The notes beneath the pieces were generated by a model. The model was given only the letters and a program-made list of their open reading frames with translations. It did not search any database and was not told the origin of the DNA. The position numbers and the translations under genes were made by a program. Shown here piece after piece: positions 44,851 to 57,185 of a stretch of 64,000 bases of DNA. The stretch is taken from positions 1,006,454 through 1,070,453 of the forward strand of contig NC_133619.1 in assembly GCF_048593235.1 (NCBI RefSeq). Reading direction: 5' to 3'. Position 1 is the stretch's first letter; the number at the start of each line of letters is the position of its first letter. The stretch is from Sminthopsis crassicaudata. Lineage: Eukaryota.

Positions 44851-47800
44851 ATGGCGGCTGCCGGCGGCGACGCCCCAGCTGGCTACGTGTTGGGCCTAGA
44901 CCTGGGCACCACGTCCGTGAAGGCGGTGCTACTGGAGGCCGGGCCGCATCCAGAGCCCCCGATGCCCGCGGCCAGCGCCAGCCAGGCCACGGGAGCCGAC
45001 GTGGTCCCGAGCGGGGGGGCCGGGCCCGAGGTGAGCACCTGCCCCTCCCCCTCGGCTCCTGGGCGGGGCCTGGGTGCCCTTTGGACCCCCCGGGGGGAGG
45101 AGCTGGGGGCGGGGCCTGGAAACCTGGGCTCCCTGGGGCTGGGGGCCTCCCTCTCTGGCCTCCCAATCCCGGCCCAGCCCGGGCTTCGAGGCTGATGGGC
45201 CGCGTCCTGGGGGTGGCGGGCAAAGGCCCAGGCCTGGTGCCTGGGCTGTCACTTCCCTCCCCCTCCGACCCAAGGGGAGGGCCAGCTCCAGCTTGTCTGC
45301 CGCTGCCCACCCCGGGGGCTTGTGGGAGACCCCCTCCGGAATGAGTCCGGGCCGCTGCTGCCGAGGGACCCTGGAGGGAGACCCCCCCCCAATCAGGCGC
45401 GAGCTCCGCCCCCAGCACGGCCTCTGACCAACCGCCCCAGAGCGAGGCTGAAGAGGTGTAGATTTTGGAGAACCCAGTGAGATGAGAGTCTTGGGGGTCA
45501 GGAAGTTAGACGCGGCCTAGGGGCAGGTTTGGCTCCCCTGCCCCTCCCCCCCATTTGGGGCAAGGGCAGGAGTTCTGGGGCCCCTTGGGATCCTCTTTGA
45601 AGGAACGAACAGCCCGGAAAGCCTGCACTGATGGAGGAGGTTTATTTGGGGACCAGAAGCATGAAGTCTGGTTAAAGAAACAGCTAAGGAGAGGGGGGCG
45701 CCAGAAGCAGGGGCCCAGCGGGCAGAGGCCCTTGGTGCCAGGCTGCCATGCTCAGGACCTCTGCCAAGACAGGGTTCTATTTGTTTTTGTTTTTATTAAT
45801 TTTATAATTATAATTATAACATTTTTTGACAGTACATGTGCCTGGGTGATTTTTTTTTTTTTACAACATTATCCCTTGTTCTCCCTCCTGTTCCCCTCCC
45901 CCAGAGGGAGTCCCATACATGTTACATGTGTTCCAGTATATCCTAGATGCGATATATCTGGGCAGAACCGAAGTTCTTGTTGCACAGGAAGGACCGGATT
46001 CAGAAGTAAAAATGACCTGGGAAGAAAAACCAAAGTGCAAACACTTTACACTCACTTCCCAGCGTTCCTTGTCTGGGTGTGGCTGCTTCTGCCCATCACT
46101 GATCTGACTTAGATCTTCTCTGTGTGGAAAACATCCACTTCCCTCAGCTCCCGGCCTGATACTGTATCCAGGCTGAAATGTACACAGATCTCCTGGGGCC
46201 AACGGTTTTAGCTCCTCCTCCTTTACCGGGAGAGGTTTGGCCCAAGGGCCGGGACAGAGTCCCAGGTTGGCTCAGGCCCCGGGGGCTGGGAGGGCTCCAT
46301 CTCCTGTGGGAATTCCAAGGGTGCTTTTTCCCTGGATTTGTGAATCAAAGGCCCAGGAGGGGCTGAGGACCCAGAAGGAATAAATGAATCTGAAAGGAAT
46401 CATTTGTGCTGCTAATTAAAGGGACCACTACTGGCTTCAAAGTCTCCTGGTCCTGGCCCCAGGGGAAGGGGCTTCCATCCCCCACTGGATGCTGCAGGGC
46501 CCTGATTGGGCTCAGGGGCTTTAAGCGGGGCTCCCCCCCCCCAGGAAGAGCAGATGCCCTTTGGGTGGACCCCGAGCCCCCGCTTGAGGAGCCACTGGGT
46601 CCCAAAGAACCAGAGGAGGCCACGGTCCCAGTTGGAGCACAACCCAGACGTGAGCAGAATCCATGCCAGGAAGAGGAGGAGCCGGATCAGGGGGCCTGGA
46701 GGAAGGAACGGGGCCCTGGGCACTGCCCACCCCAGGCTCGGTTCTCGGCTTTGTCCGCCACCAGCCTCTGGGGGTGTTACTGGCTTCCCTTCTGCTGCTG
46801 GGGCTTCTCCCCAGAGCATGCAGTAGGCACTTACTCTATGCACAGCTCTCCTTCACACACACTGGAAACAGGCTCAGGCGGAGTCCTGTTGGAGGCGAGA
46901 GCGGGGGTGCACACGTGGGGGGGTCCTCTGGGGCTCTGAGGACCCACGCTGAGCCCCTCGTGTCCCCAGGGCCGGGAGCAGGACGTGTGCAGGATCCTGG
47001 GGGCTCTGAACAAGTGTCTCGGGGCTCTGCCGGCGTGGCAGCTGCGGAGGGTCCGCTGCATCGGCGTGGCAGGACAGATGCATGGGGTTATGTTTTGGAA
47101 CTGCAGCCACGGTAACCAGCCACGAGCCCCACAGACAGGGTCCCCGTGTCAGGGAGGGGGCCACGGCTCAGGCTGGAGGTCCAGGTCCAGTTTCGGGGGC
47201 AGGGCTGCCCTGGTTCCCTCTTCTTCATCCCTCCCTGGGCCGAGGCCACAGCCCAGGAGCTCCAGTGTGGGGCCGGCGTCTCTGTGCATGGGGGGGCTTC
47301 CCTTCCTCTTGGTGTCACGCTTGGGCCGGAGGCCGTCCCCACTTTCCCCAAGCTCCCCGCCTTTTTCTGTTCCCTTGCTGCTGAGCCCAGCCTCTGGCCG
47401 CTTCAGGGCATCAAGCTCATGCTGTCCCCCACCTGCCCTGTCCCAGGTGCCCCCTTTTGGGGGTGGAGGAATTGGCTGAGACCCCCGCTCACACCTGAGG
47501 CCTGTCGTGGGGCCCCGGGAAGAGGGGTCGGGGAGGATGTGGCTCACGTGTCCGGGCCATGGCTCGTTTCAGCTTGCACTTGGGCGGAGAGGGGCCCCCA
47601 CAGCGTCTTTGAGCCGCAGCACGTCAGCCACCTGGTCACCTGGCAGGATGGGCGCTGCACCAGCGGCTTCCTGGCGTCCCTCCCGCGGCCCGAGTCCCAC
47701 CTGAGTGTGGCAACGGGATTCGGCTGCGCCACCATCTACTGGCTGTCGCGCCACAGGTGGGCCCTCGGCTCCTGGGGAGGGCCTCTTCTTGGGGGGCCAC

Positions 47801-50369
47801 ATCAGATGGGCTTTCCCAGGCCCTAGTGTCTGGTTTGGGGAGGACTTTGCTGCTTTCCTTTCACCTGCGGAGGAGCTGGGTCTGGCGGGAACTCAAGGCG
47901 GGAGGGCCTCTGTGTGCCCGGCCGTGCCTGGGGGAAGGCCCCAACCAGGGGGCATTAGCCCAGCTCTGACAAGGGGGCGTTAGCTCGGACACAATGGCCC
48001 TGCCACCCCTGGGGGAAGGCCCCGATCGCGGGCGCTCACTCCGGTTCAGAACTGAGGACGGCCAAACGGGTGACGGCAGTGTCTGCCCACAGCCCTGAGT
48101 TCCTGGTGCCATTCAGCGCGGCAGGCACCATCCAGGACTATGTGGTGGCCATGCTGTGCGGCCTGCAGAGACCCCTCATGTCCGAGCACAACGCCGCCAG
48201 CTGGGGATACTTCAACACCGAACGCCGAAGCTGGAACGCCCGCGTGTGAGTCTGCCTCCGAGGGTCCCGGACACCCCCTGCCCCCCACCCTGCCGGTGGT
48301 CCAGCCCAGACTGTGGGGGAGGGGCGGGCCCAGTTCTGTCCGCCGGCTTTAGGGAGGTCTGCTTTGCAGTTTGGAGGAGTCCGGCTTTCCCACCCACCTG
48401 CTCCCAGACGTGGCCGAGGCCGGCGCCATCGCGGGGACGACCACCCACGAGTGGTTTGGCGTCCCCCAAGGAACCAAGGTTGGCGTGGCCCTGGGGGACC
48501 TCCAGTGTTCCGTGTTCTCCTGCATGTCGCGGAGCACAGACGCAGGTGAGAGCGGGCGGCGTCTGCCCTTCAGCTGGACCGGGCCGGCCTTGTTCCTTCA
48601 GAACCAGGCAGTTCCAGGAAAAGGCCAGCGAGAGCCGCAGGGCGCCGCGATCACGTGAGCGTTGGAAGGGGCATGACCCGCCCCTCGCCAGCCTCACGGG
48701 GGAGCTGCGCTCACGGCTGGGCAGCTCGAGGGGATGCCTGGGAGCCCCGCCCTTGCCCTTGCCCCCCTGGCCACGGGGCCGGCCCTGACGCCCGCTTCTC
48801 TGGCTGCCCAGTCCTCAACGTCAGCACCTCCGTCCAGCTGGCGGCCTCCATGCCGCCCGGGTTTAAGCCTGCGGAACTCCCAGAGCCCTCGGCCCCAGTG
48901 GCTTACTTCCCCTACTTCGGCCGGACCTACTTGGGCGTCGCCGCGTCCCTCAACGGCGGCAACGTGCTGGCCACCTTCGTCACTATGCTGGCCCAGTGGA
49001 TGGCGGACCTGGGTGAGTCGACTCCAGGGCAGGCAATCGTGAAGGAAAGGGGGCCGCGGGGGCCGGCCTCACCCCTTTCCCAAGCGGCAGCGACAGGCAG
49101 TGGCCCAAGCCCCCGGCAGCCCCCTGGGTGCTTGTGGGAGTTGCTGGTCCCCGTGCCCGCTGCTGGTGCGCTCCAAGGCCTCTGCGGTGGGTGGTGCCCG
49201 TCCAATCTGACTGCCATTGCTGGAGCCCAGCTTGAGCTCCAGCCCCCCAGGACTTCCAGGAGAGACCCCAGAGGGGACATGGAGACACTGCTCCCACTTG
49301 GGTTTTGTTCGCAACGTCCCGCCCGTGGGCCCAACTTTGGTTCAAGGGTCTCAGGAAGCTGCGGAGCTAGTCAGTGCCGGACTGGGCCGGCCTCATTCCT
49401 TCCTTTAAACCTGCTTGGGGGCCCAGCCCCATGACGCCTGGAGATGGCTCCACTGGTTATCGGCCTGGGTGGGAGGGAGAAGCGGGCATCATGGGCAGGC
49501 CTGTGCCCGCAGGAGGTGCTGTGGGGGGGGGACTCCCTGGCACAGGGTGTGGTGCAGGGTGAGCCTTTCTCAGCACCAAATCCCCCCCTCCCTCCCCGGA
49601 CTGAGCAAAAGGCTCTGCGATTCCCTTGGCAGGAGCGGACGTCGCGGAGAGCCTGATCTATTCACAGATGATCCAGGCGGCCCTGGTCCAGAAGGACACC
49701 CAGCTCACCATCAGCCCAACGCTCCTGGGAGAGAGACACCTTCCAGACGCGCTGGCGTCCGTGGGCGGCATCTCCCCCTCCGCCCTGTCCCTCGGGCACG
49801 TGAGCAGGGCACTGTGCCGCGGCGTCGTCCGGAACGTCCACGCCATGCTCCCGTCTCAGCGGCTGAAGGAGTGGGGCGTCCAGAGGCTGGTGGGCAGCGG
49901 CAGCGCCCTGGCCAGGAATGAGGTGCTGAGGCAGGAGGTGGAGAGGGCCTTCCCCCTGCCCGTCTCGTACGGCCAGGACGTGGACGCCGCGGCCGGGGCC
50001 GCCCTGGTGATGCTGCGGGAGAGCGCGGGAGGGAGCCAGCTGGCGCGGCCCGCGGCCCCGCTCCTCCCAGTCGTTCGTGACGGTATTCCTGACCTCCGCA
50101 TCCGATTAAGTCCCAAAGGGGCCCCAGATGGCCTTGCAGTAGTAGTGGGGGAGAGGGAGACCCCGAGTTCTGCCTCCACAGCCAGTGTCAAAGGGCCACC
50201 CGGTCAGCCCGGCCGCTCCTTGGGAGCCCCGCTTTTTAGTAATTCCCTCGCAGGCGAGGAGAGGCTGGACACGGCTGTCACGGTTTCTTCCGTGATCTTG
50301 AGCTTCACCTTCCGTTTTGGAAAAGTCCCAGAGGGGGCCGCTGCCGGGTGTGGCACGCTCAGGGGGTGA
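44851..50369 (+). CDS. SHPK: Sedoheptulokinase (CARKL). Exons 44851-45030, 46970-47111, 47573-47756, 48093-48245, 48370-48545, 48812-49012, 49633-50369. 590 aa as read; homology ends near 50036
   Basis: FGGY-family motifs LGLDLGTTSVKA, GQMHGV, LVTWQDGRC, GDLQ, SLNGGNVLA, GSGSAL and DVDAAAGAALVML. Phase-continuous exons with canonical splice sites. Confidence 0.97.
45775..46180 (-). mobile_element. L1 3'-end fragment in SHPK intron 1
   Basis: Reverse complement of the 3' end of the 20572-21769 L1 (poly-T head, CATATATCT, CACTTCCCAG). Confidence 0.8.
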
Positions 50370-53300
50370 GGTGCACCTCAGGAACCCCTGAGTTTGAGCT
50401 GCTGACAGTAGAGCTGGCCCGGGTTCGGGAGGGAGGCTCGACCCCCTGTGGAAAAGTGAACCCGGGCTCCAAGCCCAGAAGACTCCTGCCGGGCCGGGCC
50501 CGAGCCACGTACCCCACGTGCAGCAGGCCCAGTGGGGTGACTGGCCACAGCTGTCAGCCCTGAGGTCCTCGGGGTTGGGGGTGTCCCCAGTGACCCCAGC
50601 CCCCGCATTCACTTGGCCCTTTTCGGGGATGGTCGTTCTCTGGCCAGGTGCCCCTGTGGACGCCCGCTGTTCTTCTTTGCAGACTGACCTGATGAAATCA
50701 ACCACAAAGATCCGAATCTTCGAATAACTTCAATCTTCAACTAGATTAATTTGGGGGTGGGCCGCCGGACGGCTGGTCCGCTGCAGGATGGCCTGAAGGC
50801 CACGAGCCTGGGCATCGGGCCGTGTGAGCAAGAGCTGGAGCGAGGGGGGCTCGGGGCCCAAGAGGAGACTTGGGGGGTCTGCTCAGTGTCGGCAGGACCT
50901 CGAAGCTGTGGAGGAGGGCCTGCTCCGGCTGGGCTGAGAGGGCGGCAGCGCGGCGGTCTGGACTCCCTCGCCCGCTGGCCGCTCCGGATCTGAGTCTTGG
51001 GGACCAATGCCTTGGGTGGGACGGAGCCATCTGAGGCTGAGGGTGGAAGCCAGCGGGCCCTGGGGGGGGGATGATAATTGTCAAGTGATGTTTGTGCTGA
51101 TTAAAGGGGCGAGGCTCCGGACACTCCCCAGGGGTGGCTTTCATTTCACGGTTTGCCATTGGGCGGCACTGGCCGCTCCTTCCCAGTAGGGCCCTCTTCC
51201 TGGCTCGAGGACCCCCCTCACTGAGCAGTGCCCATCCCCCATTGGAAGACCCCCGTATACCTCTCTGAGGAGGATCGCCAGGATGTGGGGAAACCGCTCC
51301 AAGCCCCTGAGGGCCGTGATCCCTCCTCCGGCCAGGGGTCCCAGGCACTTTTGTCTCCCCAAGTCTGCCTTTGAGAGTCCTTCAGGTCTTTGACAGCTGG
51401 GCCTGAGTCCCCCTCCCCCACCTCATGCAGTGCCCTCGGAGGGGTGCCTCTTGCTGCCCTGGGAGCCTCCAGGGCCTGGCCCACCCCGAGCTCTGAGCTC
51501 AGCCGTGTCCCAAACGCCAGCCCCCCCTCGGCTCGGCTTGGTGCCGGCCGCATTCCCTGCTCCTCACCATCGAGCTACGGAGCGGAGGGTTTGGGGGGGG
51601 CCGCTCCCTGGAAGCACCGGGGGGGCCTTCCCCCCGGCCCTCAGACCAGACCAGGCGCCCTTCCTTGTTCCCCGCCCCGGCTGCTGTAGGAAAAGCCCCC
51701 AGAACTTGGGGCCATTTCAAGAACTTTCCTGCCCTGGGCCCTGAGCACAGGGGCTGCTCTGGGGATGTCCAAGGTCCTGAAAACGCCAACTTGTGGATAA
51801 AATAGCAGCGCCCCCCCCCCATCCACTGGCCTGACTCCCCCCCCCCCCTCACGTCCTCGAGGATCCAGGGGAGGTTGCTCACGCTGACCCCACGGGCCTC
51901 ATCGTCCCTCACGCCCGGAGCCAGTTCCACTTCCTGCCTTTTGTGCCACTTGGGTTCTGCCTTAGAGGCTCCTTCAGGTGCCCTCACCCCAAGTGGTCAT
52001 ATATTTTGTGCCCCTCGAGGGCCAACTTCTGGAGTAGAGTTTGGGGGCATGGGGCTGAGGGCGAGGGGCCAGGTGGCCTCGGACGCTCACTAGCCCTGTG
52101 ACCCTGGGCCAGTCACTCGCCCTGCCTGCCTCAGTTTCCCCTTCTGTCCACTGAGCCACCCTCCCCCGTACTCAGCCAGGGAAACCCCAGAGTGGGAAGG
52201 GGGTGCCATGAGGAGCCTGGGCTGGACGAGGCGGCCGGGCCCCGGGGGGCTCCAAGGGCAGCTTCTGCCGCTGGGTCGGCGCTGCAGCCCGGAACCCTGT
52301 GGGTGGGCCAGGGAGTGGGGGCAGGAGGGGGCGGCTGCAGGGTCCTAACGAGTCCCCGGCCACTGGCCTCGCTCCCTCCATTAGGAGCCGGCTCCGCTCT
52401 CGGGCTGATCGGGCCAAAGGTGAGGGAGGCAGGGAAGCTCCTTGGGGGTTCAGGCGAATCGGGCAGATCAATTAAGACCATCCCTGGTCCCGAAAACATT
52501 TTCCCAGCCCCGGCCTCCCCCCCTCCCGTTCCTGGACTCCCCGCTCTGGCCCTGCCTGCCCGGGGGTGGGTTGGCCCCCAGAGAAAATCTGCTGTCCTGC
52601 CGGATCAGTTCTTGGGAAGACAGAGTGGAAGTCCCGGAACCGAGCGGACCTAGAGGCCGAAAGCCTCTTGTACTGTGTGGGCCGAGGCATTGAGGGCCCC
52701 CAGAGGGATGAAGGTCACAAAGGCCCTTGGGGAGGGAGTGGCCAGTATGGATGGAGATGGTGGGAAGAGCTGACCTCTGACCTCTGACCTGGGCTCCTGC
52801 TCGGCCCATCCCCACCTCCACGCAGCTGAGACCCAGTTGCCCCTTCCCCCATAATGTATTCCAGCACCTCCGGGGCAAAGAGTAGTTGTTTGTTAAGGCC
52901 CCCCCCCCCCACTATTCCAGGCTCTGCGCCTGGTGGGGGGGAGGGGGCCGAGGACAATCTGCAGGGAATGAGCCCCCCCCCCAGACTAGGAAGGAGAAGA
53001 GAGCAACAAAGCCGAGCTTGGCCTTCCAGCCAGTCAGGGGGAGGGGCCCCCTAGCTGCATTGGGAAGCCCTGGGGAGGAGGGGGGAGGGCATTGCAAGCC
53101 TAGGGGACGCAGCTGGAAAGGAACCAGGGAGGCCGGCTTGCTGACCAGTGTGGAAAGATGGGTTCCCATGGGAGCACTTGGAAGCTAAACTGAGGGTTTC
53201 TTGGGGCCCCTCGAAGGAGAGGGCGCCCCTGGTGGGGACCGAGGAGGGGCGGAGCAGCCCAGAAGTCACTGGAGGGGCCGGGGGTCGCCAAGGGAGCCGA

Positions 53301-54959
53301 GCAGGCTGGGCCAGAAGGGGGGAGCTAAGCCCAGGCCTCTGTGCTCCCCTTGTCCGCCCTCCCGGAGGGAGCTCAGGCCCCCGCTGGGCAGGTGCCGCCC
53401 CCCTCACCTGTGTTTGCCGAGGGCTGTTTATTCGAGGACCTCTCTCCCTAGGAGCCACTTCCTGCCCATTCTTGGCCGGGCCCCTAAGCCCCCAGTCCCA
53501 GGGACACACAATAGGGGCCGGATGGTTTTCTCAGGTGGGGACACATTTAGGCTCATTGTGAAGGGTTTCTGAGAGGGGGAGGGGAGTTGTAGCTCAGGCC
53601 AGACCCACCCGCCCTGGTGTTAACTGGGGCAGGAACCCCCCTTGTCTCCCCTCACAGTGGGACCAAGCCCGGGAGGGGTCACCTGTAAAAGCCTCCGTTT
53701 CCTCCTCTGTGCAAGGAGCGGGGAGAGGGTGCAGGGCCCGGGTGAGGAGCCAGCTTTACCAGCTTTTAGGCACGTCAGGGCCCGCCCTGCTGTAAATGCC
53801 AGGGAGCAGGCGGTCTGGAGCTGGGCTGGCCGCTGACACTCGTTCGCTCCTCTCCCTCCCTTCCCCTTCTCCAGTTCTCCTTTTCTTCCTGGTTTTCTCT
53901 CTGTCTCTCCCTCCCTCCTCTCACCTCCCCTATCTCTCTGTCTCTTATTCTTCCAGTCTCGGTGTCCCGGTGTGTGTCTGTCTCTCCCTCCCGCTCCCCC
54001 TCCTCCCTTCCCCATCCTCTCCCCTGCTGCTGTTGGGCCAGCTGCCCGAGCCTTCCTTAATCTCACTTTATAGGTACATTGGCTCTGCAGCGCCAGAATG
54101 TCTGGCCTCGAAAAGGCGCAGCCTGCAGGGTTCTCTTCTCTTTCCTTCTTTGAGAAGGAGGCATTTGCCCTTTCGGGCCTGTCCCTGGTCGGGTACAAGG
54201 GGTCCCGGTTTGGGAGACAGAAGGCCTGCTCCTGGTATTTTACCCCCCGGGGTAGTGGCTTTAGGCAAATCCTGTTTCCTCTTTGGGCCTCAGTTTCATC
54301 ATTTGTAAACAGGAATAAAAGCACCTACTTAAAACAAACAAAAGTCCTAGCTATATTTTTATGGTTTTTGTTGCTGTCACCATACTAAAAGTGGCTGGAT
54401 GGTTCAGTGGAGAGAGCCACTGGGCCTGGAGTCAGGAAGACCTGAGTTCAAATTTAGCCTCAGTCCCTGGTGTAAACTTTAGAGGGCATTTAGGATTAGG
54501 GCTAATTGAATTCCTGTTTACCTTAATCTGCTGGAGAAGGAGATGACCATCTCCTCCAGTATCTTTGCTATAAACTGCGTAACCCACAGGGTCACCTAGA
54601 CTCAGACACAACAGCAACAAGCGACACTCAAGTCCAAAGCTGCTAAGGGAGAGCTGCCTGCTCGCTGTGCACTAACTAGTGAGGTCACAAAAGCCCCCAC
54701 ATCCTGACTGCAGGTGGAGGTGAGGGAGACGAGACCCAAGCATCTGCAGGAAATGCAATTCAGCTCTAGGAAAGAAGCCCCAAGTCCTGAGTGAGCTGTA
54801 GGTTTGCTAGGGACTGGCATAGTCTAGGCTAGTGGCCAGCTGCGTGGGCACGAGCCAGAAGCACGGCCATGGGGAAACCCAAGGCTTTGGGATAGCACAG
54901 TGAGGGACAGCACGGTGAGGGCTCAGGAAGGGAAGGTGGCTAGGAAAGTAGGAGCCAAT

Positions 54960-55560
54960 CAGACCACGAAGGTCTTGAATCAGTCATTCTGTAAATAAAC
55001 ATTCATAAAGCACCCATGTTGTGTCAGGTACTGTGCCAAGTGCTGAAAGTTAGAGGCAAATGATTGTTCCTGCCCCCAAGGGACTGCAATACTAAACAGC
55101 AGGAAACAGCAGGAAAACAACTGTCTACTAGCAAGTCCTATATAGGAGAAGTGGAAAAACTGCACTGAGGGAAGGCACTAACGTTAAGAAAGGTTGGGAA
55201 AGCTTCTGTGGAAAGTGAGATGTAGTTGGGACTTAAAAGAAGTCAGAGAAGTCAGTAATGGGAGCAGAGTGTTCCAGTCCTTGGGTGAGCCAGGGGACAA
55301 TGTCCAGAGTGGAAAGACACCTTGTTGGCAGGACAGCCAGGAATCCGGGTTCACTGAAGGGAAGAGTACATGGAGGGAAGTGAAGTGTAAGAATCTGGAA
55401 AGGGAGGAGGGGGCAGGTTACGAAGATTTGTGTTTGATCCTGGAGGCCGCAGAGAGCCCCAGGAGTTTGAGTAAAGAGTGGTGTGGTCAGGCCTGCACTT
55501 TAGGAAAATTACTTTAGGGATTGAGCAGAGGATGGGCTGAAGTGAAGGGAGACTCGGGGC
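54960..55560. mobile_element. Decayed L2 fragment (bounds approximate)
   Basis: TAAAGCACCCATGTTGTGTCAGGTACTGTGCCAAGTGCTG and related L2-like motifs. Confidence 0.55.
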
Positions 55561-55659
55561 AGGTAGAGCCTCATCAGCTAGTGCAGTGGTCTTGGTGTGA
55601 AGCGAAAAAGATGGAGGCAGCGACAGAGGATAATGGGAGTTTGACCAGGGAGATGTTGC

Positions 55660-55808
55660 AATTGGCCAGAGGAGAAACTGATGAGGTGAAATCGACCAGA
55701 GAAGCTGCAGAGGTGAAAGTGGCCAGAGGAGATGCAGAAGTGAAATTGGCCAGAGATGATGCAGAGGTGAAATGGACCAGAGAAGCTGCAAAGGTGAAAT
55801 GGACCAAC
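55660..55808 (+). repeat. Degenerate 27-bp tandem repeat (~5-6 copies)
   Basis: Units like GAGGTGAAATGGACCAGAGAAGCTGCA, encoding EVKxxRxxA in one frame. Confidence 0.85.
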
Positions 55809-56029
55809 TGAAAGTTGGAATTGATTAGAGATGCTACAGAGGTCTTGGCACCACATTGAACTGAGGGTGAGAGACAGTAAAAAAAAAAATCCAGGGTGAC
55901 TCCTGGTTGTGAGCCCGGGAGACTGTGAGGGTGGAGGTACCCTGGACTGTAATAGGGAAGGTAAGAGGAGGGGAAGGTTTAGGTAGAAAAAATATGAGTT
56001 CTGTTTTGGACCTGCCTAGCTGGCAGGCA

Positions 56030-57185
56030 ATCCAGTATATGTTAAATACATTGAACTCCATGTTAGATCCAATCCATGTTTATACAATTATCTTGTTGCA
56101 CAAGAAAATTCAGATCAAGAAGGAAGAAAAACTGAGAAAAAAAAATGCAAACAAATAACAGAGAGTGAGAGTGCTGCTATATTGTGTTCCACACTCTGTT
56201 CCTATGATCCTCTCTCTGTGCAGATAGCTCTCTGCATCACTGCATAAGTGGAACTGCTTTGAATAATCTCAATGTTGAAGAGGACCTCGTCCATCAGAAC
56301 TGATCAACGTATAATCTTCTTGTTGCTGTGTACAACAATCTCCTGGTCCTGCTCATTTCACTCAGCATTAGTCCCTGTGAGTCTCCAGGCCTCTCTGAAA
56401 TCTCCTGCTGGTCATTTCTTACAATAATATTCCATCACATTCATATACCACAGTTTACCCAACCATTCTCTAACTGATGGGCAGCCACTCAGTTTCCAGT
56501 TCTTTGCCACAAACATTTTTGCACATTTAGGTCCTTTTCCCTCCTTTAAAGATCTCTGGGATATAAGTCCAGTAGAAACACTGCTGGATTTGGACATAGT
56601 TCCAAATTGCTCTCCAGAATGGTTGGATTCTTTCACAACTCCACCAACAATGCATCAGTGTCCCAGTTTTCCCACATCCCCTCCAACATTCATCATTATT
56701 TGTTCCTGTCATCTTAGCCAATCTGACAGGTGTGTAATGGTATCTCAGAGTTGTCTTAATTTCCATTTCTCTGATCAATAATGACTTGGATCATCTTTTC
56801 ATGTGGCTACAAATAGTTTTAATTTCTTCATCTGAAAATTATCTGTTCATTTCCTTTGACCATTTATCAATTAGAGAATGACTTGAACTATTATAAATTT
56901 GAGTCAATTCTCTACATATTTTGGAAATGAGGCCTTTATCAGATCCTTTGGATGTAAAAATGTTTTCCCAGTTTATTTCTTCCCTTCTAATCTTGTCTGT
57001 ATTAGCTTTGTTTGTACAAAAACCTTTTAACTTGATATAATAAAAATTATCTATTTTGTGATCAATGATAATCTCTAGTTCTTCTTTGGCCACAAATTCC
57101 TTCCTCCTCCGCGGGTCTGAGAGGTAGACTATCCTATGTTCTTCTAATTTGTTTACAGTATCATTCTTTATGTCTAGATCATGAC
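56030..57185 (-). mobile_element. L1 fragment (ORF2 C-terminus plus 3' end)
   Basis: Minus-strand remnants [18 protein letters not shown] and DKGLISKICRELTQIY. Confidence 0.9.

Noticed and set aside
46647-46662. GACGTGAGCAGAATCC (DVSRI), a 14/16 match to the start of SHPK exon 2 about 340 bp downstream
   Set aside because: Similarity does not extend in either direction and there is no acceptor. Treated as chance.
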